DNA of 64,000 nucleotides, taken from the NCBI GenBank assembly GCA_964057225.1, contig OZ059900.1, positions 3,782,001 to 3,846,000 of the forward strand, given 5' to 3'. The translations under genes and the position numbers were made by a program. A model generated the notes under the pieces. That model did not search any database and was not told the DNA's origin. It saw only the letters and a program-made list of their open reading frames with translations. How positions within the stretch are numbered: the first letter of the stretch is position 1; the number at the start of each line of letters is the position of its first letter. Source of the DNA: Auanema rhodensis. Its lineage: Eukaryota > Animalia > Nematoda. Shown piece after piece: positions 40,901 to 55,900 of the stretch.

Positions 40901-43900
40901 TGATCATATATATGAGCGATTTAGCCAAATTGGACTCAAAACTCGGAAATTAAAAAAATTCTTTCTATTTTCGACCTTTTTTGATCAAAATGAATAAATA
41001 TCAGTGCAAACTCGTAAAAATAGACTGATTTTGTGTAATGTTTGTTTGATTCTCGAATCTTAACGAATATGATCAAAATTTACGAGTATTACAGATTTTG
41101 TACCAAAACTCGGTGAGTATATGGTGTTAAAGGCATAAAAACGACCATACTTAGTGTAGTAATGCTATTTGAGCGAAATTCAGTGATTTGAACATCATTA
41201 GTGTTTAATTAATGACTTTTGTTGTCATAGTCAATAAAACTATGCTTTTGATCATATATATGAGCGATTTAGCCAAATTGGACTCAAAACTCGGAAAATT
41301 CAAAAATTCTTTCTATTTTCGACCTTTTTTGATCAAAATGAATAAATATCAGTGCAGACTCATGAAAATAGCATGATTTTGTGTATTGTGTGTTTGATTA
41401 TCAAATCTTAACGTATATGATCAAAATTTACAAGTATTACAGATTTTGTACCAAAAATCGGTGAGTATATGGTGTTAAAGGCATAAAAACGACCATACTT
41501 AGTGTAGTAATGCTATTTGAGTGAAATTCAGTGATTTAAACATCATTAATGTTTAACTAATGACTTTTGTTGTCATAGACAATAAAACTATGCTTTTGAT
41601 CATATATATGAGCGATTTATCCAAATTGGACTCAAAACTCGGAAAATTCAAAAATTCTTTCTATTTTCGACCTTTTTTGATCAAAATGAATAAATATCAG
41701 TGCAGACTCATGAAAATAGCATGATTTTGTGTATTGTGTGTTTGATTATCAAATCTTAACGTATATGATCAAAATTTACAAGTATTACAGATTTTGTACC
41801 AAAAATCGGTGAGTATATGGTGTTAAAGGCATAAAAACGACCATACTTAGTGTAGTAATGCTATTTGAGTGAAATTCAGTGATTTAAACATTATCAGTGT
41901 TTTCTTAATGACTTTTGTTGTCATAGACAATAAAACTATGCTTTTGATCATATATATGAGCGATTTATCCAAATTGGACTCAAAACTCGGAAAATTCAAA
42001 AATTCTTTCTATTTTCGACCTTTTTTGATCAAAATGAATAAATATCAGTGCAAACTCGTAAAAATAAACTAATTCCGTGTATTGTGTGTTTGATTCTCGA
42101 ATCTCACCGAATATGATCAAAATTTACGAGTATCACAGATTTTGTACCAAAAATCGGTGAGTATATGGTGTTAGAGGCATAAAAACGACCATACTTAGTG
42201 TAGTAATGCTATTTGAGCGAAATTCAGTGATTTGAACATCATTTGTGTTTAATTAATGACTTTTGTTGTCATAGACAATGAAACTATGCTTTTGATCATA
42301 TATATGAGCGATTTATCCAAATTGGACTCAAAACTCGGAAAATTCAAAAATTCTGTCTATTATCGACCTTTTTCGATCAAAATGAATAACTATCAGTGCA
42401 GACTCATGAAAATAGCATGATTTTGTGTATTGTGTGTTTGATTCTCAAATCTTAACGTATATGATCAAAATTTACAAGTATTACAGATTTTGTACCAAAA
42501 ATCGGTGAGTATATGGTGTTAAAGGCATAAAAACGACCTTACTTAGTGTAGTAATGCTATTTGAGCGAAATTCAGTGATTTGAACATCATTAGTGTTTAA
42601 TTAATGACTTTTGTTGTCATAGTCAATAAAACTATGCTTTTGATCATATATATGAGCGATTTAGCCAAATTGGACTCAAAACTCGGAAATTAAAAAAATT
42701 CTTTCTATTTTCGACCTTTTTTGATCAAAATGAATAAATATCAGTGCAAACTCGTAAAAATAGACTGATTTTGTGTAATGTTTGTTTGATTCTCGAATCT
42801 TAACGAATATGATCAAAATTTACGAGTATTACAGATTTTGTACCAAAACTCGGTGAGTATATGGTGTTAAAGGCATAAAAACGACCTTACTTAGTGTAGT
42901 AATGCTATTTGAGCGAAATTCAGTGATTTGAACATCATTAGTGTTTAATTAATGACTTTTGTTGTCATAGACAATGAAACTATGCTTTTGATCATATATA
43001 TGAGCGATTTATCCAAATTGGACTCAAAACTCGGAAAATTCAAAAATTCTGTCTATTATCGACCTTTTTTGATCAAAATGAATAAATATCAGTGCAAACT
43101 CATAAAAATAGACTGATTTTGTGTATTGTGTGTTTGATTCTCAAATCGTAACAAATATGATCAAAATTTACGAGTATCACAGAATTTGTACCAAAAATCG
43201 GTGAGTATATGGTGTTAAAGGCAAAAAACGACCTTACTTAGTGTAGTAATGCTATTTGAGCGAAATTCAGTGATTTAAACATCATTAGTGTTTAATCAGT
43301 GACTTTTGTTGTCATAGAAAATAAAACTATGCTTTTGATCATATATATGAGCGATTTAGCCAAATTGGACTCAAAACTCGGAAAATTCAAAAATTCTTTC
43401 TATTTTCGACCTTTTTTGATCAAAATGAATAAATATCAGTGCAGACTCATGAAAATAGCATGATTTTGTGTATTGTGTGTTTGATTATCAAATCTTAACG
43501 TATATGATCAAAATTTACAAGTATTACAGATTTTGTACCAAAAATCGGTGAGTATATGGTGTTAAAGGCATAAAAACGACCATACTTAGTGTAGTAATGC
43601 TATTTGAGTGAAATTCAGTGATTTAAACATCATTAATGTTTAACTAATGACTTTTGTTGTCATAGACAATAAAACTATGCTTTTGATCATATATATGAGC
43701 GATTTATCCAAATTGGACTCAAAACTCGGAAAATTCAAAAATTCTTTCTATTTTCGACCTTTTTTGATCAAAATGAATAAATATCAGTGCAGACTCATGA
43801 AAATAGCATGATTTTGTGTATTGTGTGTTTGATTATCAAATCTTAACGTATATGATCAAAATTTACAAGTATTACAGATTTTGTACCAAAAATCGGTGAG

Positions 43901-46900
43901 TATATGGTGTTAAAGGCATAAAAACGACCATACTTAGTGTAGTAATGCTATTTGAGTGAAATTCAGTGATTTAAACATTATCAGTGTTTTCTTAATGACT
44001 TTTGTTGTCATAGACAATAAAACTATGCTTTTGATCATATATATGAGCGATTTATCCAAATTGGACTCAAAACTCGGAAAATTCAAAAATTCTTTCTATT
44101 TTCGACCTTTTTTGATCAAAATGAATAAATATCAGTGCAAACTCGTAAAAATATACTGATTTTGTGTATTGTGTGTTTGATTCTCAAATCTTAACGTATA
44201 TGATCAAAATTTACAAGTTTTACAGAATTTGTACCAAAAATCGGTGAGTATATGGTGTTAGAGGCATAAAAACGACCATACTTAGTGTAGTAATGCTATT
44301 TGAGCGAAATTCAGTGATTTAAACATTATCAGTGTTTAATTAATGACTTTTGTTGTCATAGACAATGAAACTATGCTTTTGATCATATATATGAGCGATT
44401 TATCCAAATTGGACTCAAAACTCGGAAAATTCAAAAATTCTGTCTATTATCGACCTTTTTCGATCAAAATGAATAACTATCAGTGCAGACTCATGAAAAT
44501 AGCATGATTTTGTGTATTGTGTGTTTGATTCTCAAATCTTAACGTATATGATCAAAATTTACAAGTATTACAGATTTTGTACCAAAAATCGGTGAGTATA
44601 TGGTGTTAAAGGCATAAAAACGACCTTACTTAGTGTAGTAATGCTATTTGAGCGAAATTCAGTGATTTGAACATCATTAGTGTTTAATTAATGACTTTTG
44701 TTGTCATAGACAATGAAACTATGCTTTTGATCATATATATGAGCGATTTATCCAAATTGGACTCAAAACTCGGAAAATTCAAAAATTCTGTCTATTATCG
44801 ACCTTTTTTGATCAAAATGAATAAATATCAGTGCAAACTCATAAAAATAGACTGATTTTGTGTATTGTGTGTTTGATTCTCAAATCGTAACAAATATGAT
44901 CAAAATTTACGAGTATCACAGAATTTGTACCAAAAATCGGTGAGTATATGGTGTTAAAGGCAAAAAACGACCTTACTTAGTGTAGTAATGCTATTTGAGC
45001 GAAATTCAGTGATTTAAACATCATTAGTGTTTAATCAGTGACTTTTGTTGTCATAGAAAATAAAACTATGCTTTTGATCATATATATGAGCGATTTAGCC
45101 AAATTGGACTCAAAACTCGGAAAATTCAAAAATTCTGTCTATTATCGACCTTTTTTGATCAAAATGAATAAATATCAGTGCAGACTCATGAAAATAGCAT
45201 GATTTTGTGTATTGTGTGTTTGATTATCAAATCTTAACGTATATGATCAAAATTTACAAGTATTACAGATTTTGTACCAAAAATCGGTGAGTATATGGTG
45301 TTAAAGGCATAAAAACGACCATACTTAGTGTAGTAATGCTATTTGAGTGAAATTCAGTGATTTGAACATCATTATTGTTTAATTAATGACTTTTGTTGTC
45401 ATAGTCAATAAAACTATGCTTTTGATCATATATATGAGCGATTTAGCCAAATTGGACTCAAAACTCGGAAATTAAAAAAATTCTTTCTATTTTCGACCTT
45501 TTTTGATCAAAATGAATAAATATCAGTGCAAACTCGTAAAAATAGACTGATTTTGTGTAATGTTTGTTTGATTCTCGAATCTTAACGAATATGATCAAAA
45601 TTTACGAGTATTACAGATTTTGTACCAAAACTCGGTGAGTATATGGTGTTAAAGGCATAAAAACGACCATACTTAGTGTAGTAATGCTATTTGAGCGAAA
45701 TTCAGTGATTTGAACATCATTAGTGTTTAATTAATGACTTTTGTTGTCATAGTCAATAAAACTATGCTTTTGATCATATATATGAGCGATTTAGCCAAAT
45801 TGGACTCAAAACTCGGAAAATTCAAAAATTCTTTCTATTTTCGACCTTTTTTGATCAAAATGAATAAATATCAGTGCAGACTCATGAAAATAGCATGATT
45901 TTGTGTATTGTGTGTTTGATTATCAAATCTTAACGTATATGATCAAAATTTACAAGTATTACAGATTTTGTACCAAAAATCGGTGAGTATATGGTGTTAA
46001 AGGCATAAAAACGACCATACTTAGTGTAGTAATGCTATTTGAGTGAAATTCAGTGATTTAAACATCATTAATGTTTAACTAATGACTTTTGTTGTCATAG
46101 ACAATAAAACTATGCTTTTGATCATATATATGAGCGATTTATCCAAATTGGACTCAAAACTCGGAAATTAAAAAAATTCTTTCTATTTTCGACCTTTTTT
46201 GATCAAAATGAATAAATATCAGTGCAAACTCGTAAAAATAGCATGATTTTGTGTATTGTGTGTTTGATTATCAAATCTTAACGTATATGATCAAAATTTA
46301 CGAGTATCACAGAATTTGTACCAAAAATCGGTGAGTATATGGTGTTAAAGGCAAAAAACGACCTTACTTAGTGTAGTAATGCTATTTGAGCGAAATTCAG
46401 TGATTTAAACATCATTAGTGTTTAATTAATGACTTTTGTTGTCATAGAAAATAAAACTATGCTTTTGATCATATATATGAGCGATTTAGCCAAATTGGAC
46501 TCAAAACTCGGAAAATTCAAAAATTCTTTCTATTTTCGACCTTTTTTGATCAAAATGAATAAATATCAGTGCAGACTCATGAAAATAGCATGATTTTGTG
46601 TATTGTGTGTTTGATTATCAAATCTTAACGTATATGATCAAAATTTACAAGTATTACAGATTTTGTACCAAAAATCGGTGAGTATATGGTGTTAAAGGCA
46701 TAAAAACGACCATACTTAGTGTAGTAATGCTATTTGAGCGAAATTCAGTGATTTGAACATCATTAGTGTTTAATTAATGACTTTTGTTGTCATAGTCAAT
46801 AAAACTATGCTTTTGATCATATATATGAGCGATTTAGCCAAATTGGACTCAAAACTCGGAAATTAAAAAAATTCTTTCTATTTTCGACCTTTTTTGATCA

Positions 46901-49900
46901 AAATGAATAAATATCAGTGCAAACTCGTAAAAATAGACTGATTTTGTGTAATGTTTGTTTGATTCTCGAATCTTAACGAATATGATCAAAATTTACGAGT
47001 ATTACAGATTTTGTACCAAAACTCGGTGAGTATATGGTGTTAAAGGCATAAAAACGACCTTACTTAGTGTAGTAATGCTATTTGAGCGAAATTCAGTGAT
47101 TTGAACATCATTAGTGTTTAATTAATGACTTTTGTTGTCATAGACAATGAAACTATGCTTTTGATCATATATATGAGCGATTTATCCAAATTGGACTCAA
47201 AACTCGGAAAATTCAAAAATTCTGTCTATTATCGACCTTTTTTGATCAAAATGAATAAATATCAGTGCAAACTCATAAAAATAGACTGATTTTGTGTATT
47301 GTGTGTTTGATTCTCAAATCGTAACAAATATGATCAAAATTTACGAGTATCACAGAATTTGTACCAAAAATCGGTGAGTATATGGTGTTAAAGGCAAAAA
47401 ACGACCTTACTTAGTGTAGTAATGCTATTTGAGCGAAATTCAGTGATTTAAACATCATTAGTGTTTAATCAGTGACTTTTGTTGTCATAGAAAATAAAAC
47501 TATGCTTTTGATCATATATATGAGCGATTTAGCCAAATTGGACTCAAAACTCGGAAAATTCAAAAATTCTTTCTATTTTCGACCTTTTTTGATCAAAATG
47601 AATAAATATCAGTGCAGACTCATGAAAATAGCATGATTTTGTGTATTGTGTGTTTGATTATCAAATCTTAACGTATATGATCAAAATTTACAAGTATTAC
47701 AGATTTTGTACCAAAAATCGGTGAGTATATGGTGTTAAAGGCATAAAAACGACCATACTTAGTGTAGTAATGCTATTTGAGTGAAATTCAGTGATTTAAA
47801 CATCATTAATGTTTAACTAATGACTTTTGTTGTCATAGACAATAAAACTATGCTTTTGATCATATATATGAGCGATTTAGCCAAATTGGACTCAAAACTC
47901 GGAAAATTCAAAAATTCTTTCTATTTTCGACCTTTTTTGATCAAAATGAATAAATATCAGTGCAGACTCATGAAAATAGCATGATTTTGTGTATTGTGTG
48001 TTTGATTATCAAATCTTAACGTATATGATCAAAATTTACAAGTATTACAGATTTTGTACCAAAAATCGGTGAGTATATGGTGTTAAAGGCATAAAAACGA
48101 CCATACTTAGTGTAGTAATGCTATTTGAGTGAAATTCAGTGATTTAAACATCATTAATGTTTAACTAATGACTTTTGTTGTCATAGACAATAAAACTATG
48201 CTTTTGATCATATATATGAGCGATTTATCCAAATTGGACTCAAAACTCGGAAATTAAAAAAATTCTTTCTATTTTCGACCTTTTTTGATCAAAATGAATA
48301 AATATCAGTGCAAACTCGTAAAAATAGCATGATTTTGTGTATTGTGTGTTTGATTATCAAATCTTAACGTATATGATCAAAATTTACGAGTATCACAGAA
48401 TTTGTACCAAAAATCGGTGAGTATATGGTGTTAAAGGCAAAAAACGACCTTACTTAGTGTAGTAATGCTATTTGAGCGAAATTCAGTGATTTAAACATCA
48501 TTAGTGTTTAATTAATGACTTTTGTTGTCATAGAAAATAAAACTATGCTTTTGATCATATATATGAGCGATTTAGCCAAATTGGACTCAAAACTCGGAAA
48601 ATTCAAAAATTCTTTCTATTTTCGACCTTTTTTGATCAAAATGAATAAATATCAGTGCAGACTCATGAAAATAGCATGATTTTGTGTATTGTGTGTTTGA
48701 TTATCAAATCTTAACGTATATGATCAAAATTTACAAGTATTACAGATTTTGTACCAAAAATCGGTGAGTATATGGTGTTAAAGGCATAAAAACGACCATA
48801 CTTAGTGTAGTAATGCTATTTGAGCGAAATTCAGTGATTTGAACATCATTAGTGTTTAATTAATGACTTTTGTTGTCATAGTCAATAAAACTATGCTTTT
48901 GATCATATATATGAGCGATTTAGCCAAATTGGACTCAAAACTCGGAAATTAAAAAAATTCTTTCTATTTTCGACCTTTTTTGATCAAAATGAATAAATAT
49001 CAGTGCAAACTCGTAAAAATAGACTGATTTTGTGTAATGTTTGTTTGATTCTCGAATCTTAACGAATATGATCAAAATTTACGAGTATTACAGATTTTGT
49101 ACCAAAACTCGGTGAGTATATGGTGTTAAAGGCATAAAAACGACCTTACTTAGTGTAGTAATGCTATTTGAGCGAAATTCAGTGATTTGAACATCATTAG
49201 TGTTTAATTAATGACTTTTGTTGTCATAGACAATGAAACTATGCTTTTGATCATATATATGAGCGATTTATCCAAATTGGACTCAAAACTCGGAAAATTC
49301 AAAAATTCTGTCTATTATCGACCTTTTTTGATCAAAATGAATAAATATCAGTGCAAACTCATAAAAATAGACTGATTTTGTGTATTGTGTGTTTGATTCT
49401 CAAATCGTAACAAATATGATCAAAATTTACGAGTATCACAGAATTTGTACCAAAAATCGGTGAGTATATGGTGTTAAAGGCAAAAAACGACCTTACTTAG
49501 TGTAGTAATGCTATTTGAGCGAAATTCAGTGATTTAAACATCATTAGTGTTTAATCAGTGACTTTTGTTGTCATAGAAAATAAAACTATGCTTTTGATCA
49601 TATATATGAGCGATTTAGCCAAATTGGACTCAAAACTCGGAAAATTCAAAAATTCTTTCTATTTTCGACCTTTTTTGATCAAAATGAATAAATATCAGTG
49701 CAGACTCATGAAAATAGCATGATTTTGTGTATTGTGTGTTTGATTATCAAATCTTAACGTATATGATCAAAATTTACAAGTATTACAGATTTTGTACCAA
49801 AAATCGGTGAGTATATGGTGTTAAAGGCATAAAAACGACCATACTTAGTGTAGTAATGCTATTTGAGTGAAATTCAGTGATTTAAACATCATTAATGTTT

Positions 49901-52900
49901 AACTAATGACTTTTGTTGTCATAGACAATAAAACTATGCTTTTGATCATATATATGAGCGATTTATCCAAATTGGACTCAAAACTCGGAAAATTCAAAAA
50001 TTCTTTCTATTTTCGACCTTTTTTGATCAAAATGAATAAATATCAGTGCAGACTCATGAAAAAAGCATGATTTTGTGTATTGTGTGTTTGATTATCAAAT
50101 CTTAACGTATATGATCAAAATTTACAAGTATTACAGATTTTGTACCAAAAATCGGTGAGTATATGGTGTTAAAGGCATAAAAACGACCATACTTAGTGTA
50201 GTAATGCTATTTGAGTGAAATTCAGTGATTTAAACATTATCAGTGTTTTCTTAATGACTTTTGTTGTCATAGACAATAAAACTATGCTTTTGATCATATA
50301 TATGAGCGATTTATCCAAATTGGACTCAAAACTCGGAAAATTCAAAAATTCTTTCTATTTTCGACCTTTTTTGATCAAAATGAATAAATATCAGTGCAAA
50401 CTCGTAAAAATATACTGATTTTGTGTATTGTGTGTTTGATTCTCAAATCTTAACGTATATGATCAAAATTTACAAGTTTTACAGAATTTGTACCAAAAAT
50501 CGGTGAGTATATGGTGTTAGAGGCATAAAAACGACCATACTTAGTGTAGTAATGCTATTTGAGCGAAATTCAGTGATTTGAACATCATTTGTGTTTAATT
50601 AATGACTTTTGTTGTCATAGACAATGAAACTATGCTTTTGATCATATATATGAGCGATTTATCCAAATTGGACTCAAAACTCGGAAAATTCAAAAATTCT
50701 GTCTATTATCGACCTTTTTCGATCAAAATGAATAACTATCAGTGCAGACTCATGAAAATAGCATGATTTTGTGTATTGTGTGTTTGATTCTCAAATCTTA
50801 ACGTATATGATCAAAATTTACAAGTATTACAGATTTTGTACCAAAAATCGGTGAGTATATGGTGTTAAAGGCATAAAAACGACCTTACTTAGTGTAGTAA
50901 TGCTATTTGAGCGAAATTCAGTGATTTGAACATCATTAGTGTTTAATTAATGACTTTTGTTGTCATAGTCAATAAAACTATGCTTTTGATCATATATATG
51001 AGCGATTTAGCCAAATTGGACTCAAAACTCGGAAATTAAAAAAATTCTTTCTATTTTCGACCTTTTTTGATCAAAATGAATAAATATCAGTGCAAACTCG
51101 TAAAAATAGACTGATTTTGTGTAATGTTTGTTTGATTCTCGAATCTTAACGAATATGATCAAAATTTACGAGTATTACAGATTTTGTACCAAAACTCGGT
51201 GAGTATATGGTGTTAAAGGCATAAAAACGACCTTACTTAGTGTAGTAATGCTATTTGAGCGAAATTCAGTGATTTGAACATCATTAGTGTTTAATTAATG
51301 ACTTTTGTTGTCATAGACAATGAAACTATGCTTTTGATCATATATATGAGCGATTTATCCAAATTGGACTCAAAACTCGGAAAATTCAAAAATTCTGTCT
51401 ATTATCGACCTTTTTTGATCAAAATGAATAAATATCAGTGCAAACTCATAAAAATAGACTGATTTTGTGTATTGTGTGTTTGATTCTCAAATCGTAACAA
51501 ATATGATCAAAATTTACGAGTATCACAGAATTTGTACCAAAAATCGGTGAGTATATGGTGTTAAAGGCAAAAAACGACCTTACTTAGTGTAGTAATGCTA
51601 TTTGAGCGAAATTCAGTGATTTAAACATCATTAGTGTTTAATCAGTGACTTTTGTTGTCATAGAAAATAAAACTATGCTTTTGATCATATATATGAGCGA
51701 TTTAGCCAAATTGGACTCAAAACTCGGAAAATTCAAAAATTCTTTCTATTTTCGACCTTTTTTGATCAAAATGAATAAATATCAGTGCAGACTCATGAAA
51801 ATAGCATGATTTTGTGTATTGTGTGTTTGATTATCAAATCTTAACGTATATGATCAAAATTTACAAGTATTACAGATTTTGTACCAAAAATCGGTGAGTA
51901 TATGGTGTTAAAGGCATAAAAACGACCATACTTAGTGTAGTAATGCTATTTGAGTGAAATTCAGTGATTTAAACATCATTAATGTTTAACTAATGACTTT
52001 TGTTGTCATAGACAATAAAACTATGCTTTTGATCATATATATGAGCGATTTATCCAAATTGGACTCAAAACTCGGAAAATTCAAAAATTCTTTCTATTTT
52101 CGACCTTTTTTGATCAAAATGAATAAATATCAGTGCAGACTCATGAAAATAGCATGATTTTGTGTATTGTGTGTTTGATTATCAAATCTTAACGTATATG
52201 ATCAAAATTTACAAGTATTACAGATTTTGTACCAAAAATCGGTGAGTATATGGTGTTAAAGGCATAAAAACGACCATACTTAGTGTAGTAATGCTATTTG
52301 AGTGAAATTCAGTGATTTAAACATTATCAGTGTTTTCTTAATGACTTTTGTTGTCATAGACAATAAAACTATGCTTTTGATCATATATATGAGCGATTTA
52401 TCCAAATTGGACTCAAAACTCGGAAAATTCAAAAATTCTGTCTATTATCGACCTTTTTTGATCAAAATGAATAAATATCAGTGCAAACTCATAAAAATAG
52501 ACTGATTTTGTGTATTGTGTGTTTGATTCTCAAATCTTAACGTATATGATCAAAATTTACAAGTATTACAGATTTTGTACCAAAAATCGGTGAGTATATG
52601 GTGTTAAAGGCATAAAAACGACCTTACTTAGTGTAGTAATGCTATTTGAGCGAAATTCAGTGATTTGAACATCATTAGTGTTTAATTAATGACTTTTGTT
52701 GTCATAGACAATAAAACTATGCTTTTGATCATATATATGAGCGATTTATCCAAATTGGACTCAAAACTCGGAAAATTCAAAAATTCTTTCTATTTTCGAC
52801 CTTTTTTGATCAAAATGAATAAATATCAGTGCAAACTCGTAAAAATATACTGATTTTGTGTATTGTGTGTTTGATTCTCAAATCTTAACGTATATGATCA

Positions 52901-55900
52901 AAATTTACAAGTTTTACAGAATTTGTACCAAAAATCGGTGAGTATATGGTGTTAGAGGCATAAAAACGACCATACTTAGTGTAGTAATGCTATTTGAGCG
53001 AAATTCAGTGATTTGAACATCATTTGTGTTTAATTAATGACTTTTGTTGTCATAGACAATGAAACTATGCTTTTGATCATATATATGAGCGATTTATCCA
53101 AATTGGACTCAAAACTCGGAAAATTCAAAAATTCTGTCTATTATCGACCTTTTTCGATCAAAATGAATAACTATCAGTGCAGACTCATGAAAATAGCATG
53201 ATTTTGTGTATTGTGTGTTTGATTCTCAAATCTTAACGTATATGATCAAAATTTACAAGTATTACAGATTTTGTACCAAAAATCGGTGAGTATATGGTGT
53301 TAAAGGCATAAAAACGACCTTACTTAGTGTAGTAATGCTATTTGAGCGAAATTCAGTGATTTGAACATCATTAGTGTTTAATTAATGACTTTTGTTGTCA
53401 TAGACAATGAAACTATGCTTTTGATCATATATATGAGCGATTTATCCAAATTGGACTCAAAACTCGGAAAATTCAAAAATTCTGTCTATTATCGACCTTT
53501 TTTGATCAAAATGAATAAATATCAGTGCAAACTCATAAAAATAGACTGATTTTGTGTATTGTGTGTTTGATTCTCAAATCGTAACAAATATGATCAAAAT
53601 TTACGAGTATCACAGAATTTGTACCAAAAATCGGTGAGTATATGGTGTTAAAGGCAAAAAACGACCTTACTTAGTGTAGTAATGCTATTTGAGCGAAATT
53701 CAGTGATTTAAACATCATTAGTGTTTAATCAGTGACTTTTGTTGTCATAGAAAATAAAACTATGCTTTTGATCATATATATGAGCGATTTAGCCAAATTG
53801 GACTCAAAACTCGGAAAATTCAAAAATTCTTTCTATTTTCGACCTTTTTTGATCAAAATGAATAAATATCAGTGCAAACTCGTAAAAATAGCATGATTTT
53901 GTGTATTGTGTGTTTGATTATCAAATCTTAACGTATATGATCAAAATTTACAAGTATTACAGATTTTGTACCAAAAATCGGTGAGTATATGGTGTTAAAG
54001 GCATAAAAACGACCATACTTAGTGTAGTAATGCTATTTGAGTGAAATTCAGTGATTTGAACATCATTAGTGTTTAATTAATGACTTTTGTTGTCATAGAC
54101 AATGAAACTATGCTTTTGATCATATATATGAGCGATTTATCCAAATTGGACTCAAAACTCGGAAAATTCAAAAATTCTGTCTATTATCGACCTTTTTTGA
54201 TCAAAATGAATAAATATCAGTGCAAACTCATAAAAATAGACTGATTTTGTGTATTGTGTGTTTGATTCTCAAATCGTAACAAATATGATCAAAATTTACG
54301 AGTATCACAGAATTTGTACCAAAAATCGGTGAGTATATGGTGTTAAAGGCAAAAAACGACCTTACTTAGTGTAGTAATGCTATTTGAGCGAAATTCAGTG
54401 ATTTAAACATCATTAGTGTTTAATCAGTGACTTTTGTTGTCATAGAAAATAAAACTATGCTTTTGATCATATATATGAGCGATTTAGCCAAATTGGACTC
54501 AAAACTCGGAAAATTCAAAAATTCTTTCTATTTTCGACCTTTTTTGATCAAAATGAATAAATATCAGTGCAGACTCATGAAAATAGCATGATTTTGTGTA
54601 TTGTGTGTTTGATTATCAAATCTTAACGTATATGATCAAAATTTACAAGTATTACAGATTTTGTACCAAAAATCGGTGAGTATATGGTGTTAAAGGCATA
54701 AAAACGACCATACTTAGTGTAGTAATGCTATTTGAGTGAAATTCAGTGATTTAAACATCATTAATGTTTAACTAATGACTTTTGTTGTCATAGACAATAA
54801 AACTATGCTTTTGATCATATATATGAGCGATTTATCCAAATTGGACTCAAAACTCGGAAAATTCAAAAATTCTTTCTATTTTCGACCTTTTTTGATCAAA
54901 ATGAATAAATATCAGTGCAGACTCATGAAAATAGCATGATTTTGTGTATTGTGTGTTTGATTATCAAATCTTAACGTATATGATCAAAATTTACAAGTAT
55001 TACAGATTTTGTACCAAAAATCGGTGAGTATATGGTGTTAAAGGCATAAAAACGACCATACTTAGTGTAGTAATGCTATTTGAGCGAAATTCAGTGATTT
55101 AAACATTATCAGTGTTTTCTTAATGACTTTTGTTGTCATAGACAATAAAACTATGCTTTTGATCATATATATGAGCGATTTATCCAAATTGGACTCAAAA
55201 CTCGGAAAATTCAAAAATTCTTTCTATTTTCGACCTTTTTTGATCAAAATGAATAAATATCAGTGCAAACTCGTAAAAATATACTGATTTTGTGTATTGT
55301 GTGTTTGATTCTCAAATCTTAACGTATATGATCAAAATTTACAAGTTTTACAGAATTTGTACCAAAAATCGGTGAGTATATGGTGTTAAAGGCATAAAAA
55401 CGACCATACTTAGTGTAGTAATGCTATTTGAGCGAAATTCAGTGATTTGAACATCATTAGTGTTTAATTAATGACTTTTGTTGTCATAGTCAATAAAACT
55501 ATGCTTTTGATCATATATATGAGCGATTTAGCCAAATTGGACTCAAAACTCGGAAATTAAAAAAATTCTTTCTATTTTCGACCTTTTTTGATCAAAATGA
55601 ATAAATATCAGTGCAAACTCGTAAAAATAGCATGATTTTGTGTATTGTGTGTTTGATTATCAAATCTTAACGTATATGATCAAAATTTACAAGTATTACA
55701 GATTTTGTACCAAAAATCGGTGAGTATATGGTGTTAAAGGCATAAAAACGACCATACTTAGTGTAGTAATGCTATTTGAGTGAAATTCAGTGATTTAAAC
55801 ATCATTAGTGTTTAATTAATGACTTTTGTTGTCATAGTCAATAAAACTATGCTTTTGATCATATATATGAGCGATTTAGCCAAATTGGACTCAAAACTCG

